A DNA stretch of 64,000 nucleotides, from positions 868,001 to 932,000 of the forward strand of contig CM022671.1 in the NCBI GenBank assembly GCA_012295275.1. The letters are read 5' to 3'. Each line of letters starts with the position of its first letter. The first letter of the stretch is position 1. The notes under the pieces were generated by a model that was given only the letters and a program-made list of their open reading frames with translations, was not told the DNA's origin and ran no database searches. The DNA comes from Chrysomallon squamiferum (Eukaryota; Animalia; Mollusca). Made by a program: the position numbers and the translations under genes. Shown here piece after piece: positions 28,101 to 40,829 of this stretch.

Positions 28101-31100
28101 GTGGAACATGTTCTTGTGACTCAGGATATTACCTTGCAGGTTCTAACTGTGCAAGTATGTAACATTTGTAATTTTGATTTTTTTATATTCATTCTACATA
28201 TTTTACCACCATAAACATAATAATAGTATCAAAAATGTTAAAAGTGATATCCATGTGTTTGTGTGTGGGTGTATTTCTGGAAGAAAATGAAAAGGGCAGA
28301 AACTCTGATATGTCATTTATTTGCATTAGACTGAAATAATTGACTTCTTTATAAGACATAAATAATACTTAGGAATGCTTGAAAATTTAAAATAAATCCT
28401 CATAAACCTTCTGTTTTATTGCATACTTGACATGCAAAATTAGATTTATATAACATGTTTGCATAAAAACAAGTAAATTATTCCAAGTATAAAATGAAAA
28501 ATACGTATTTTTCTATCCTGAGTGATAAAATGAATATTCCTGAATTTATGTATAAATTCTAAAATGTGAATATATTATCATTGTTGTTCTTGTTGAATAG
28601 ATGAGTATTACTATTAAAGTAATTATGTGTTGTTCATATGTTTGTTATATAATGAGAAGAAATCACTGTTACTAATTAGCAGTCAGATTTCTCATTAAGT
28701 ACACCTTCTCAGACAAAGGAAAATATATAGCCACTGCATTTGATAAACCTATAATAGAAACAGGAGAGGAAATAACCAAGTCTTTGTGCCAGAAAGACTT
28801 GATCCATTGATCTGTATGTTGCGACTGCTATTGATGTTGCTACTGCTGAAGTTGTTGTCAAAAATATTTATAAAAAAGAAAACAATAATAAGACTAACTC
28901 TGACACCAACTTTAATTCATTATTATTCAAATTTTCAGAATGCCCTCATGTGGATCACTGCCAAAGACCAAAGCCATGCAAGTCAGCACATGACCTGAAG
29001 TGTGAAGTCTGTCAGTCAGGATACTACCTAGAATCCTCATCTTGTAAACGTGAGTCATCAACTGAAATAACTCCAGTTTGTTTAATTATTACATGTTCTG
29101 AACTGTAAGTAATCTTTATTATCAAGCTCACTAAGGATTCCAATATGAAAATTGAAAACAGTTAAAATTAATATAAAATGGAGCTTACATTACTATAAGG
29201 AATTTTGTAATAAAATTTTCTGGCTACATCAGTTCAACATTATAAAATGTAATATGTTGAACCATTTTTATTAATTTCAGTAACAGGTTCTTTGCTTTCT
29301 TAATGTACCAACATTAGTAAGTATAATAAATTGAGCAAATTTATCCTATTTAGAGCATTCAATTATCCTTTTTATTTTCACAAAGCTTTTTAAACAATTC
29401 AGTTTAATCTAAATTTAATAAGAGTTTTTATTTTGCTGGTATTAATTTCTAAATATCTTATTCTGCTTACTTCATTGTTTGTCATATCTTTTTTTATCAC
29501 ACAGATTACTCAGTGCTTTTTAATATTTCAGGGTGTTCCAGCTTACACCACTGTCAGAAAGAAATATGCAGCTCACGACAAGATGTAACCTGTGAACATT
29601 GTGAAGGTCAAGGTTCTGATGTCAAACACTCCTTATACTGGCCAACTCAGCACAGCAAAACATGCTCTGGTAACTGTCTGAGTTTTAAATATCCTGTTTG
29701 ATAAAATATACATTACAGATTACTAGTTTATATTATTTTAATTAATTAAATAATTAATTAATTTATGTATATTATGTTCTTTTTCCCCATTTTTGAAAAC
29801 AAAATTGTACTTTTATATTTAAATGTCATCTCTACTAATATATATATATTTATTGAATGTATGTATGTATGTTTGTACATACATTAGAACAAAGATATAA
29901 ATATTAAAAATGTGTGTTTTGATTGCAAATTGTTCAGATTGATTTATAATGTACTTCATTATCTCAGAAGTAAAACAAAATATTCCATATGCGATTAAAT
30001 ATATGGATGTACACATGTATATATCCTTGTTTGTGTGTGTGTGTGTGTGTGTTTGTGTGTGTGGTTGTGTGTGTATTTGTTTCTACATGGGTATGTATGG
30101 ATGGATGGACGTACTTAAATGTGTGTGTGTGTGTTTTAAGTTGTTTGTTTCTTTATTTATTTTTTAATGTACTGTTTATTCCTCTGATTTATAGCCACAT
30201 GTTCTTGGAATAAAAGATGGTGTTGGCCTGGAGACTGTTCAAATCAGTTAACTTCATCTTGCAAATGTCGTAAAGGTTTCAGGAAAGTGGAAACTTCAGC
30301 TTTCACCAAATGTGACTGTGAGTTTAAATATCAAATATTTTTCATTGCTTTAGTTCATGGTTCATGACAAAATCTTCACACACACACACACACACACACA
30401 CTGCCATGAATCTTTATATGTTATATATGTATGTATGCATTTATTTACTTGTATGTATTTATTTATTTTTTATATGTGAAAATGTTCTAATGACAATTAC
30501 AAAAACACAAATTTTATGGAAAGGAAATATTTGTTCAATAAATTATTAACATAATGTATATTATGATCCACATTTTATGTTTTTCTATAATCTCAGTGAC
30601 AGCACTTCCAGATTTGATGACATGTAGAATGTCAGTGGAAGACAAATCTGGTCAGACTGTGACATCAACTTCAGGAAAGATTACCAACTGTGAACACGAA
30701 AGCAGCACCTACTTCAACATTCAGCCCAACAAGCTTCTCAATTTTATTGTTTATGCAACCTTCATAAACAAAACTAACCAAACCAAACCATTTCCAGTTT
30801 ACATCAAGGATACATCAACCAGTACTGGAATTGTGAGTGGAACAGTGAGAATGTTTGTGGATTTACTAAATGGTATGTCACTTATATGTAACTATATAAT
30901 TACTGATAAGTCACTGAATCAATCTTCATTAACACTGGGCATATTTCATTCCAGCCTTTGTTTAACAGATACCGTGGCATTTACTTTTGTGTCTAAGGCT
31001 TCAGTTTTGGTTGAAAGATTCTTGCTTTTAGTCAATCAAAGTAGATTTCTTCTATCATATCATCAAGGAAAAGATTTATGAGCAACAATTAATATTCGTT

Positions 31101-34100
31101 GTTTGTTCTGATGAAGCGTTTTCTTAACCTTATTTTAGACAAATGATAATTTTATTTAAAATTTGTTTAAGTAATCAGTACTTTATTTATTATATACCAG
31201 TTATTAACTTTGGTTGATCTTTACATTGAAATATTTCAGGTCAACATCATCAGTTACAGAGGATACCACTGAAAGGAGGTGGAAACTGCAATGTTAGAAT
31301 AAACAACAGAAAACCGTCTCCAAGCATGAACTGTGACACAGCTGTGAATGTTAACTACAGTCTACAAAATGGAGAAAAGTAATTAAATATCTAACAAAAT
31401 ACTGCATCTTAAATTTTATCTTTGTTTTTCTGACTTATATCATATATTTTCCATTTCAAATTAATTTTGTTTTCATTTGAAGTTTTAATTTTCTTTATGA
31501 TTTTTATATTCTAAGAGATAAAATATAAAATTGTTCATTAAAACAGAAAAAAAATCATATTTAACAAATACAACTTAAATTACAATCAACTTGTTTGAAA
31601 TCCAGTCATAAATATATTAAATAATTTCTGAATAAAGTAAAGGTGAATTATAATAGAGATAACAAATATAGATGCTAACACAAAGAAAAAATATTTTCTA
31701 GAAAAGACGAATATTGTATATGAGTAAATGTACAACAACATAAAATGAAGGATGAAGTTAATCTACTTGTTTTCAGATTGTGTATCATGTACGAAATATC
31801 ATCAGGAGGTTTCTTCCAGTATTTTGATTTTGGAATGACTTCAAAAGGATTTGAAGAATTCACTCCCCAGACAAAGACAAAGACTTTGTGTCTTAAATAT
31901 GACAATAAGAAACCAGTACACTGTTTATCTGATGAGACAGCACCATGTAATAAAACACTAATTGAGCTTGATAAAAGAATTACTAAAACAGGAAACATCA
32001 CAGTTTTACTTGGAGATGGTTGGAAAGATCCTTGGCCAAAAAGTGCTTCACCAAACCATGCATCTGGTATTAAAAAGTTTGTTATAGAGATACATGATGT
32101 CAGACAAATAGGATCAGTGTTAGAAGTTGACAAAGGAAGTCTGAATCCTCCTCTTAAAGAAGAATTTGGAAACTTAAAGAAGAATATAACTTTTGTTCTT
32201 CCAAAATCACCTGCTTTATACTGTGTCATGCTTGAAGTTCATGACAATGCTGGCAATGTGAGATTTGCCAGACGATTTGTTCTGTTTGATAATGACTCAA
32301 CTATCAAAATTAACACAAGAAATCCTCTACTTGTGTCATCATCATCTAAAGTGACAAACTACAAATGGCAGGTGAATCACAGATCAGTTTGTGTGAAGTG
32401 GAAAAACAGATATTATAATTCTTACTACATTAAAAACAATTTGTTAGCTCCCATCAGACCTGATGTCAACAATGCAATCACTGGAGTGTATGATCAACTT
32501 ACTGGCCAACTTCCTGTAAATGGAACCAGGAATGTACATGGTTTGACGGGATTCTCATATTCCTATTCCTTAAACCATGGTCCATTCTCTCCACAGAAGT
32601 ATGTGAGTGAGTTTGAGAATGAATCAGTCTGTTTGAATCTGATTTTGTCAGATGGTGATACATACACTTTTATCATCACAGCTGAAGATGTCATGGAAAA
32701 CAGACTGAGTGAAAATGTGACAGTGCACATAGACAGAACAGTTCCTGATGTTAAAAACATGTGGCTTGTCAGGAAAGGTAACAATGGGTTGTATGTCCAC
32801 CCCAGTACAGACCTGTCACATATGTTGCTGCAGTTTGAAGCTAAAGATCCACACAGTGGTATCAGAACAATAGAATGGTTTCTGGGAACTCAGAAAAACA
32901 AAACTGAAATTGGACAAGGAGCATTGCCTGTTATTAAAGATGTACCTAAAGTAAGTTTGACGATTTATATAAATATAACAATAAAACTGTCAGAATACAT
33001 TTTTTTTAATCAAAATTCTAGCAGATATGCTCTAATATAAATAGTACATGAAATTATTTGATAAATTCATCTGGTTTAGCTTATGAAGTAAATATTATTT
33101 TAAATCCTCTCTCTGTTTCTGCTTTAATGAAATTTTCACTTGGGTATATTATTATTTTATGTTTTTTTTCAGAATAAATGCAAATCAGATCAACACTGCT
33201 ACTGTCCATCAATTGGTCCATGTGCCTATTTCAACTACACTGTAAAACTGAACAGTTTGATCGAGAAAAACACAAACACAGGAAAACACAACAGGGAATA
33301 TTACTTCACACTGATAGCAACTAATGAGGCCATGTTGAAGTCTGTGTATCATCTAGACATCCTCGTAGATGCATCACCACCTGTTGCAGGTGTTGTACGT
33401 GAAGGTTCACCAGACGGACCAGACATTGATTACACAAGTGAAGACTACATCAACATCAACATGCACGGCTTCATCGATCATGAAAGTGGAATCAGATTTT
33501 ATCTTGTGGCTTTAGCAAAACAATGTTTATCTTTGGATGAAATAAAAAATGATTTGGATAACAAATCAGTTACTGTTTACAAGACAGTAGATCCAGAAAT
33601 CAGAATAAAGGTTCCAAACAAAGGATCCTACATTACATCAGTTGTTGCTTTTAATAATGCAATGGAACCTTCTCCAGTTGCCTGTTCAAATGGTATTACA
33701 AAGGATACCACAAATCCTGAGTTGATGGACATCAGACTTGAAGATGGCCGAATTCATGATGGTCTGTGGTGTAAGCCATCCAGAGTGTTCTATGTGCATG
33801 TAAACATGACTTTAACAGAACTGCACAATACACACACATGCAAAACCAAGTGTAAAAACACAGTGAATGTTGGCTACATTGATGCTTTGCCTCTGACCCA
33901 CACTACCATTGAAAAGAATATTTCAGAAACAGTTTGCTCCAGATGTGAGGTGCTAAGTAACCAGTCCACAGTGTATCTTCCATCTAACACAGTCTACTTA
34001 CAGTGGAAAACTGTAGAAGCCGAGAGTCAGATTAAAGATTATTACATTGGACTTGGCAGTGACATGTCTAAGACTGATCATCAATCACTGCTGCCTTACC

Positions 34101-35889
34101 AGTCAACTCATGGAAAAGAGTCAGCTGAGATTTCAGACTTTTCTGTGTCAAATACTTCTTCATTTTACATCTTTGTCAAAGTCGTCAATGAGGCTAACCT
34201 GACATCATCTAGACGTATTGGACCAGTTTTGATAAATGAATCTCCTCCTAAACTGAAAGAAGGTAAACATATTTCTTCCTTTTTTTATTTTTTTATTTAT
34301 TCAGACAAAAAGATTTTAAAATAAATTTCACAAAATGAAGTTTCTTATTTAAACTATTGTCAGGGCTTGATATAGATAGGTTGAAACTGAGATTGGATAG
34401 GTTGAAAACTTTAGAGAAGCTTAATTGTGTTATTCTGAATGACACCCAACAGCCAATGTTATATTTTGTGCTGATGTGTCATTAAACAAAGAAATAAACA
34501 AAAACAAAAATTACAGGATTATCTGCTCAGAATAAAGTTTAGTATTGAACCTAATTTCTTACAGAGAGTGTGAAGCTTTAATCTATAGCATTTCTTCAGA
34601 TTTTTTTACTGGTTCTGCCTGTTGTATCAGTATGTTAAACAGTTACACATTTTAAGAACAATACTCTGTCTTGAAGTCAAAATAGGAAGTTTTGTTGCAT
34701 GGATCTGAAGTAAAAGAATGAACATTACCATGCTTATTTTTCCCCATTAATGTAATATTTTGTTACATTAAATTATTTACCTTTTTCATTTCAGACTGTG
34801 AACACAATGTAACATATGGCTATTACTGTGAAAAACTGTGTGCTGGCCGCCATTGTTACGACATTTCATCATGTGATGTGAGATCAGGAAGATGTGTCCA
34901 CGGTTGTCAACCAGGATGGAAAGATTCAGACTGTTCTAAAGGTAATTATTAAAAGCTTAAGATATTCATCAAAAAACATACATAAAAAGAAACAAAACAA
35001 AATAAAATAAAATAAATAAATAAATAATAATGAAATAAATAAATAAGTTTCAGATTTATTATTTTCAAATAACATTTTTTCCTTTCATTCATTTAGTCTG
35101 CAATATTTCAGTAAGTTTTAAAAATTACCTTTATTTTTTTACATCCAAATAGCTTTTGCCTAATTAAGAACTGATAACAGTATTTGAAATGACAGGATTA
35201 CTCAGATAATATGATTGTCTTGACTGTTGAATTTTAGAAATTTTAAAAATGTTTGCCTCTCATTGTTTTGATAAAACAAATTTTTATTTAAACTGTGAAC
35301 AAAGATGGTTTGGTTCAGGTTGTTTATTTATCTTGAATTCTTCTTTTAAAGGGAAATTTTTGTCTAATAAAGAACAGGCAACAGTATCTGACATAACATC
35401 ATTACTCAGATAATATGATTGCCTTGACTGTTAAAACAAATTTTTATTTAAGCTATTAAATGGTTTGGTTCTGGTTGTTCATGTGTCTTGAATTCTTCTT
35501 TTAAAGGGAAATTTATATCACAAACCTTTTTTACAGACTTAACTTTATCAAGCTTTTATATTCATTGAGAATGAATATTGAACTCCTGTAAAATTGTAAT
35601 AGAATAATGACATTAAATTTAATGTTCAGTATTTTTAGTGGCTTCGTTACTATTATTTAAAAAAAAGTTATTTTAAGATTTGAATCTGGATAGTATCATC
35701 ATGGCTTTAATTTTCAAGATCCTCTGAGAATGGAAATGGGATCTTGTCTTATCAGATTTAATGACATTATTACAGTATGTTTTTATTACATCAAACTTTC
35801 CAGTATTATTTCATTACACTTTGCTGAGTTATACAGACTGAATAATTCAGAATATAATCTTATTGAATTAATGTAATGTAAGTAAGTTA

Positions 35890-35930
<41 letters not shown>

Positions 35931-37110
35931 AAACATATAGAAACTACTAAAAAATATTTACTTCAGGAAGTGATTGTATTAATGTTGACACAAAAACAGT
36001 TTTATTACTTTCTTTATTTCAGTTTCCCCACAAAAAGCAGCAGATTTAGTAACTATCATTATCTCAGGTGTATCGGGAATTTGTTTTCTTCTTGTGTTGA
36101 CAGTGTTGGTTTTCTGCACTAGGTTAGTAACCATAAATCAGAAGATGTTCAGTATAATGGAACATTTAGAAATTGTACTCTTTAATTAAAAACATTAAAA
36201 AACATTAGTATCAGATGATGAGATTTTTAATTGTTTATTATAAGTACCATTATACAAATTTATGTTATTAAATAGTCACCAAGAAATGATAAAGCTCTGT
36301 AACTGGCAGAAGATATTTTATATTCAGACCATTTCTATAGAACTGGCAGGAACAGATCTTATGCAGGGTCAAGTGTTTGCTAAGACAAATCTGTAATTAT
36401 TTCTTCTGAAAATGCCTAATTGAGCCATCATTTTGTTTTATTTGGCTTTAGCACCAACCTGATATTGCCATAAATTTCAATTTTAAAGCAGCTGATGAAT
36501 AATGAACTAATGAAGGACTTAATTTTATAAATCATTGAAAACCTCTCATTTTGATTTTCGTGGATTTTCTAAAATGAACATATACAAATGTATAATTTTT
36601 GAAAAACAACAAAAACAAGAAAAAATCATGCATCCATTTTTAAACTTATTACCTATCACTTTTTTGTGGTTCCCATAATCAACCCATTTCTTTTCAATTC
36701 ATAGGACTTATATGTATCCCAAGATTCAGTGACACTGATTTCATATTGAAAGAAATGTTTTTTTTCCCTAATTTGCATTATAATTATACTCAGTATATTC
36801 CGAATACTTATTATCAGTAATAAATTTTTTTTTTTTTTTTATTATTATTAGGAGACTAGTGCTGAGGAGAAGAAGAAGTTCTTCAAAGGAACAAAATGTG
36901 AAAACAGTCTGTGAAAACAGTGAATACATGAACTGTGCTGGAGTCTGTGAAAACAGTGAATACATGAACTGTGTTCCTGTCTATGAAAATTTGAGACAGT
37001 TTCGACACCAGAGCCAGGATGTGAGCAATGTTTATAGTTCACTGGAAATGTCTGTCATTGGTCAAGACTGTGTCTATGAAAAGATAAACATGTCTGTGTA
37101 TGAAAACTAA
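25144..37110 (+). CDS. Gene B: 15-exon type I transmembrane receptor (signal peptide, PLAT, EGF/Cys-rich, FnIII-like, MEGF10/SREC-type EGF, TM, Tyr-motif tail), 1,351 aa
   Basis: Exons 25144-25195, 26682-26839, 27309-27395, 27706-27781, 28029-28154, 28939-29049, 29532-29669, 30195-30317, 30597-30872, 31240-31378, 31777-32950, 33173-34262, 34795-34941, 36023-36122, 36852-37110. All GT-AG with consistent phases; total 4056 nt (divisible by 3, ends TAA). Exons 1-11 have the same lengths as gene A. Confidence 0.85.
34795..34941 (+). CDS. Gene B exon 13, MEGF10/SREC/Draper-type EGF module
   Basis: DCEHNVTYGYYCEKLCAGRHCYDISSCDVRSGRCVHGCQPGWKDSDCSK; phase 1-1 exon. Confidence 0.8.
35195..35515. repeat. 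Imperfect intronic tandem duplication, about 200-bp period
   Basis: attactcagataatatgattg.cttgactgtt and tcttgaattcttcttttaaagggaaattt each occur twice (about 35197/35401 and 35331/35486). Confidence 0.7.
36023..36122 (+). CDS. Gene B exon 14, transmembrane helix
   Basis: VSPQKAADLVTIIISGVSGICFLLVLTVLVFCTR, followed in exon 15 by the basic stop-transfer RLVLRRRR. Confidence 0.8.
36852..37110 (+). CDS. Gene B exon 15, cytoplasmic tail with tyrosine motifs
   Basis: RLVLRRRRSSSKEQNVKTVCENSEYMNCAGVCENSEYMNCVPVYENLRQFRHQSQDVSNVYSSLEMSVIGQDCVYEKINMSVYEN*; contains a 36-bp tandem duplication. Confidence 0.8.
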
Positions 37111-38499
37111 GTGGGCAGAAAAATTAGAAAAAATTAAATTGATCACATTATAGAAGATTCCTTGTAAGATATGAAAAGCACCATTAGTTTTAAGCTACAC
37201 ATATTTAACCATGGTTTATTCCACCTATCCTCAAATATATTAAAAATTATTAAATATAAAATAACCTAAAATACATATACATAAATAAGAAGACTTTAAT
37301 TTATTCATCTATTAATTTTTATATACTTTCATCATTAAATCCAGGTTCTTGATAACTATCTGTGACATTTATATAATTGTTTGCTAGCAAGTAGCCTAAT
37401 ATATGTTATTTATTTCCAAATAAGAGTTTTATTTACTGGAGACCAACCATTAATAATAATCATAATAATAATAATAATAATAATAAAGGATTACAATAAT
37501 CATATAATGGTTGTAACTAAAGCATTAAAGCAGGCATTTTCTCTCTATTCATTAGCAACTTATTTATAGTTTTATGTTGTTGTGATTGTGTGCTTTTTCT
37601 GTTGTTTCTGACACTTTATGGAGTAGTTTTGTGTTAATATAAATACTTTCCATACTCTACTGATATTTATCCAAAACAATAATTCTGATAATAAAGATAT
37701 ATGTTTTTGTTGAAGTGTTCATATAATGTTTAAAATCTTAAATTCATAATGTATACTTCAGTGTTATTTATTTATTCAGTGACTTTGCTAACAATAAAAC
37801 AACAACAATAAAAGAGATCAAGTAAAAAACATCTTAGTGCCTCCATTTTACTGTATTATTTTATTCTGCACTAATAAGATCTAAAAAGACAGAATGAGTG
37901 ATTAAGAAAGATACCATAAAAAAATAATAGTTAAGATACAGTAACATAATATGAAATGTTTCTTATTTTTTATTTCAACATCATTGTTTTACGTCTTTTC
38001 AATTTGTTTATTTTTGCTTTTTAGCAGGGGTTTTTTCATATATTCAGCAGTCTGAAATAAATTTATAAATTGAAATGATATTATTATGTCATTAATTTAA
38101 TGTTACTTAGTGTGTGTGTGTGTGCAGAAAGGGAGAAACAAGCAAAAGTTAAATTTTTGCCAGACGTATTGTCACCATTCCAAAAAAAAAATTTAAATTA
38201 AATATATATATATATATATATAAAAGAAGAAATAAAGAAAAAAGAGACAAATAAAATTAATAGAAAATACTTGTGTCTAAATTTATATAAACATAAAAAT
38301 ATACATACAATAAATAAACCACAAGTTTTACATGGTAAAGAATAACAACTTTGTGGTCTAAAGGGAAATAACTAAATTAATTTAGAAAGTTATCTTGAAA
38401 TTAAATGAACCTCTCTCTCTCTCGATTAAATTATTTTAATTAAGGTTCAAATAAAATGTGTAAATCAAAGTTGAAATATATTAAAATTTGAATTTATTT

Positions 38500-39650
38500 A
38501 TTTATTTATTTACTTATTTTACATTTTGTTTACATTTTAATTAAGTCGTTTTTTATTGGGTGTTTTTTTCTCTTTTGTGACTTCTGACCTAATCACTTTT
38601 AAACTTTTTTGTTTACATGTATTTCTCTATTTACTTATTTTTTAATTAATAAATGACATATTTTCATTTTTCTCTGTATATTATATGTTTCTATTATTAA
38701 GAAAATATTAAATTTTGGTTAAATAAATAAACATTTAAATTAAAACAATTCAAAATATGTCTGCATTTCTCTGTTTAATTTTGTGTTTTCTTGTTGCTTT
38801 TTCTGTTATCTGTTAATTACTTTTCATATTGTTTATCTCATTCTGCTTTTTCTAAAATATTTGTTTATTAATTATTTGCTTTTTTGTTTACATATTAAAG
38901 AAATCTGTTTCTCTCGGTCTCTGTCTGAACCTCCTTCCTTTATTACATTATATATTTTTTTTTATCAGTTCATTATTTACAGTTAAAAACTTTTAAATTT
39001 TAAAAATAGGAACATTTGTTTCTCAGTATTTAAAAAAAAAATGTAGAAGTATTTAAAGCTTTTTTATTGTTCAATTAGATATAACTCTTCCACATATTTG
39101 TTATTCATATTACATTTTCATCTCATTTATATAAATATTATTTCTCTGCAGGATGACTCATTACTTATTTGTTGTTGCTGTTTATGTGTTTGTTTTTTTT
39201 TTCACTTCTTTTTTAAATGATATTTTAATATTCAGTTTAAATACTCTTTGATTCCATCAATCTTTTTTTGAAAAATGGAAGTATTTATATTGCTACATTA
39301 CACAAGCATTTAAAAATAAATACAGACATATTGAAGAGTAACTGTACAAGGAAAATAAAAAATAGCTACAGTTTCATTATTCAGTTTAGTAACTTGGACA
39401 TATGAATATATGTATACATAAGACAATAAAAGTTTATTCATATTATTACAGATATTATTATTGTTATTATTTATGAATTTGTTGTTGTTCTTGTTGTTGT
39501 TATTGTTTTTGTTTTTTGTGTTGTTTTTTTTGTGTTTTTTTTAGTTCTTTTTTTTTTTTTTTTAATTCTTGTTATTGAAGTGCTATAACAGCGTTCAGCA
39601 TTTTAGCGTTAAAGAGTTATTCCTATTAGACCATGAATGTAATGATTTGC
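38500..39650. repeat. Locally duplicated non-coding block, copy 2 (no MITE)
   Basis: Colinear similarity to about 22070-22390 plus 22938-23750; MITE site empty at about 38756. Confidence 0.75.
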
Positions 39651-39836
39651 ATTTATTTATTCATTTATTTTTATTTTATTTTTTTGCCCTTACCGGAAGT
39701 AATTAGTTTTTCCACATCTTTTAACATTCGGTCATAATCGAAATAACGTCGCCAATATTCGGAAATATTACGAGACTTTCCAATCGTATTTCATTGTTGT
39801 TTTGTTGATTTCCTTAGAAAGAAACGAAGATGAAAA

Positions 39837-40780
39837 ATGGGCTTAGATGTTTTATTATATTGTCCGAATATTATTGGTAAGCGGGGATAATGCTAAATAA
39901 GGTCATTATCCGCCTCATTATTAAACATACTTTAATTCCGTATGTTTCCGGAACGTAGGTCAGTCTCGGTGTTGGTCAACACGAAAAATAAATAAACCCA
40001 TCATACATGTTATTGTTAGAGAGAACTAACTGAAATGGTTCAGAAGTTTATTCCCGCCCGCTGTCATCCATTATTCCCGAAGAACAAAATAATAAATATT
40101 AATTATAATTTACGTAAAAGTGTTAAAAAAATAAATAAATAATGTATTTCGCATTATCTTCGTATTTATCTAATTGACAGGTATTGAAATTTAGCATCTC
40201 TTTGAGTTTCTTAAAGACGTATACTTTTTAAATTTAATTTTATTCTTTATAAAATATATAAAATTAAAATAATAATATAAGACAAAGTACAAGTATGTGT
40301 TTGTCAGTGTAAATGTTGGCTGTTTTCTTTTAGGCTATATTCGGATCATTCTTGCTACTCTGGCCTTTGTTTTCTACAATGAGCATTTGTACTTTGTGAT
40401 TTTGTTCGGTGTTTCCATTAGTTTAGATGGTGAGTGGCACTGTTTTTATTTAACATTTTTCAATATCATCATTATCTCTTTATATTAACCATTACTATAC
40501 TACTACTACTTCTACTTCTGCTTCTGCTTCTACTACTACTACTACTACTACTACTACTATTATTATTAAAGAATGAAAAAAAGAAATTGATCGTTTAAGC
40601 AGAACCCCCTAAATAATGTTTCAATTTTATTTCAGCTGTTGATGGAATTGTAGCTCGGAGATTCAATCAGACTTCATCTTTTGGTGCTTGGGTAAATTCT
40701 ACTGTATTTCTTATTTTAAAAATAAAATGTTTCTGTTTTTTATTTATATATTTATTGTTGTTTTCTTTTTAATTTAATTT

Positions 40781-40829
<49 letters not shown>

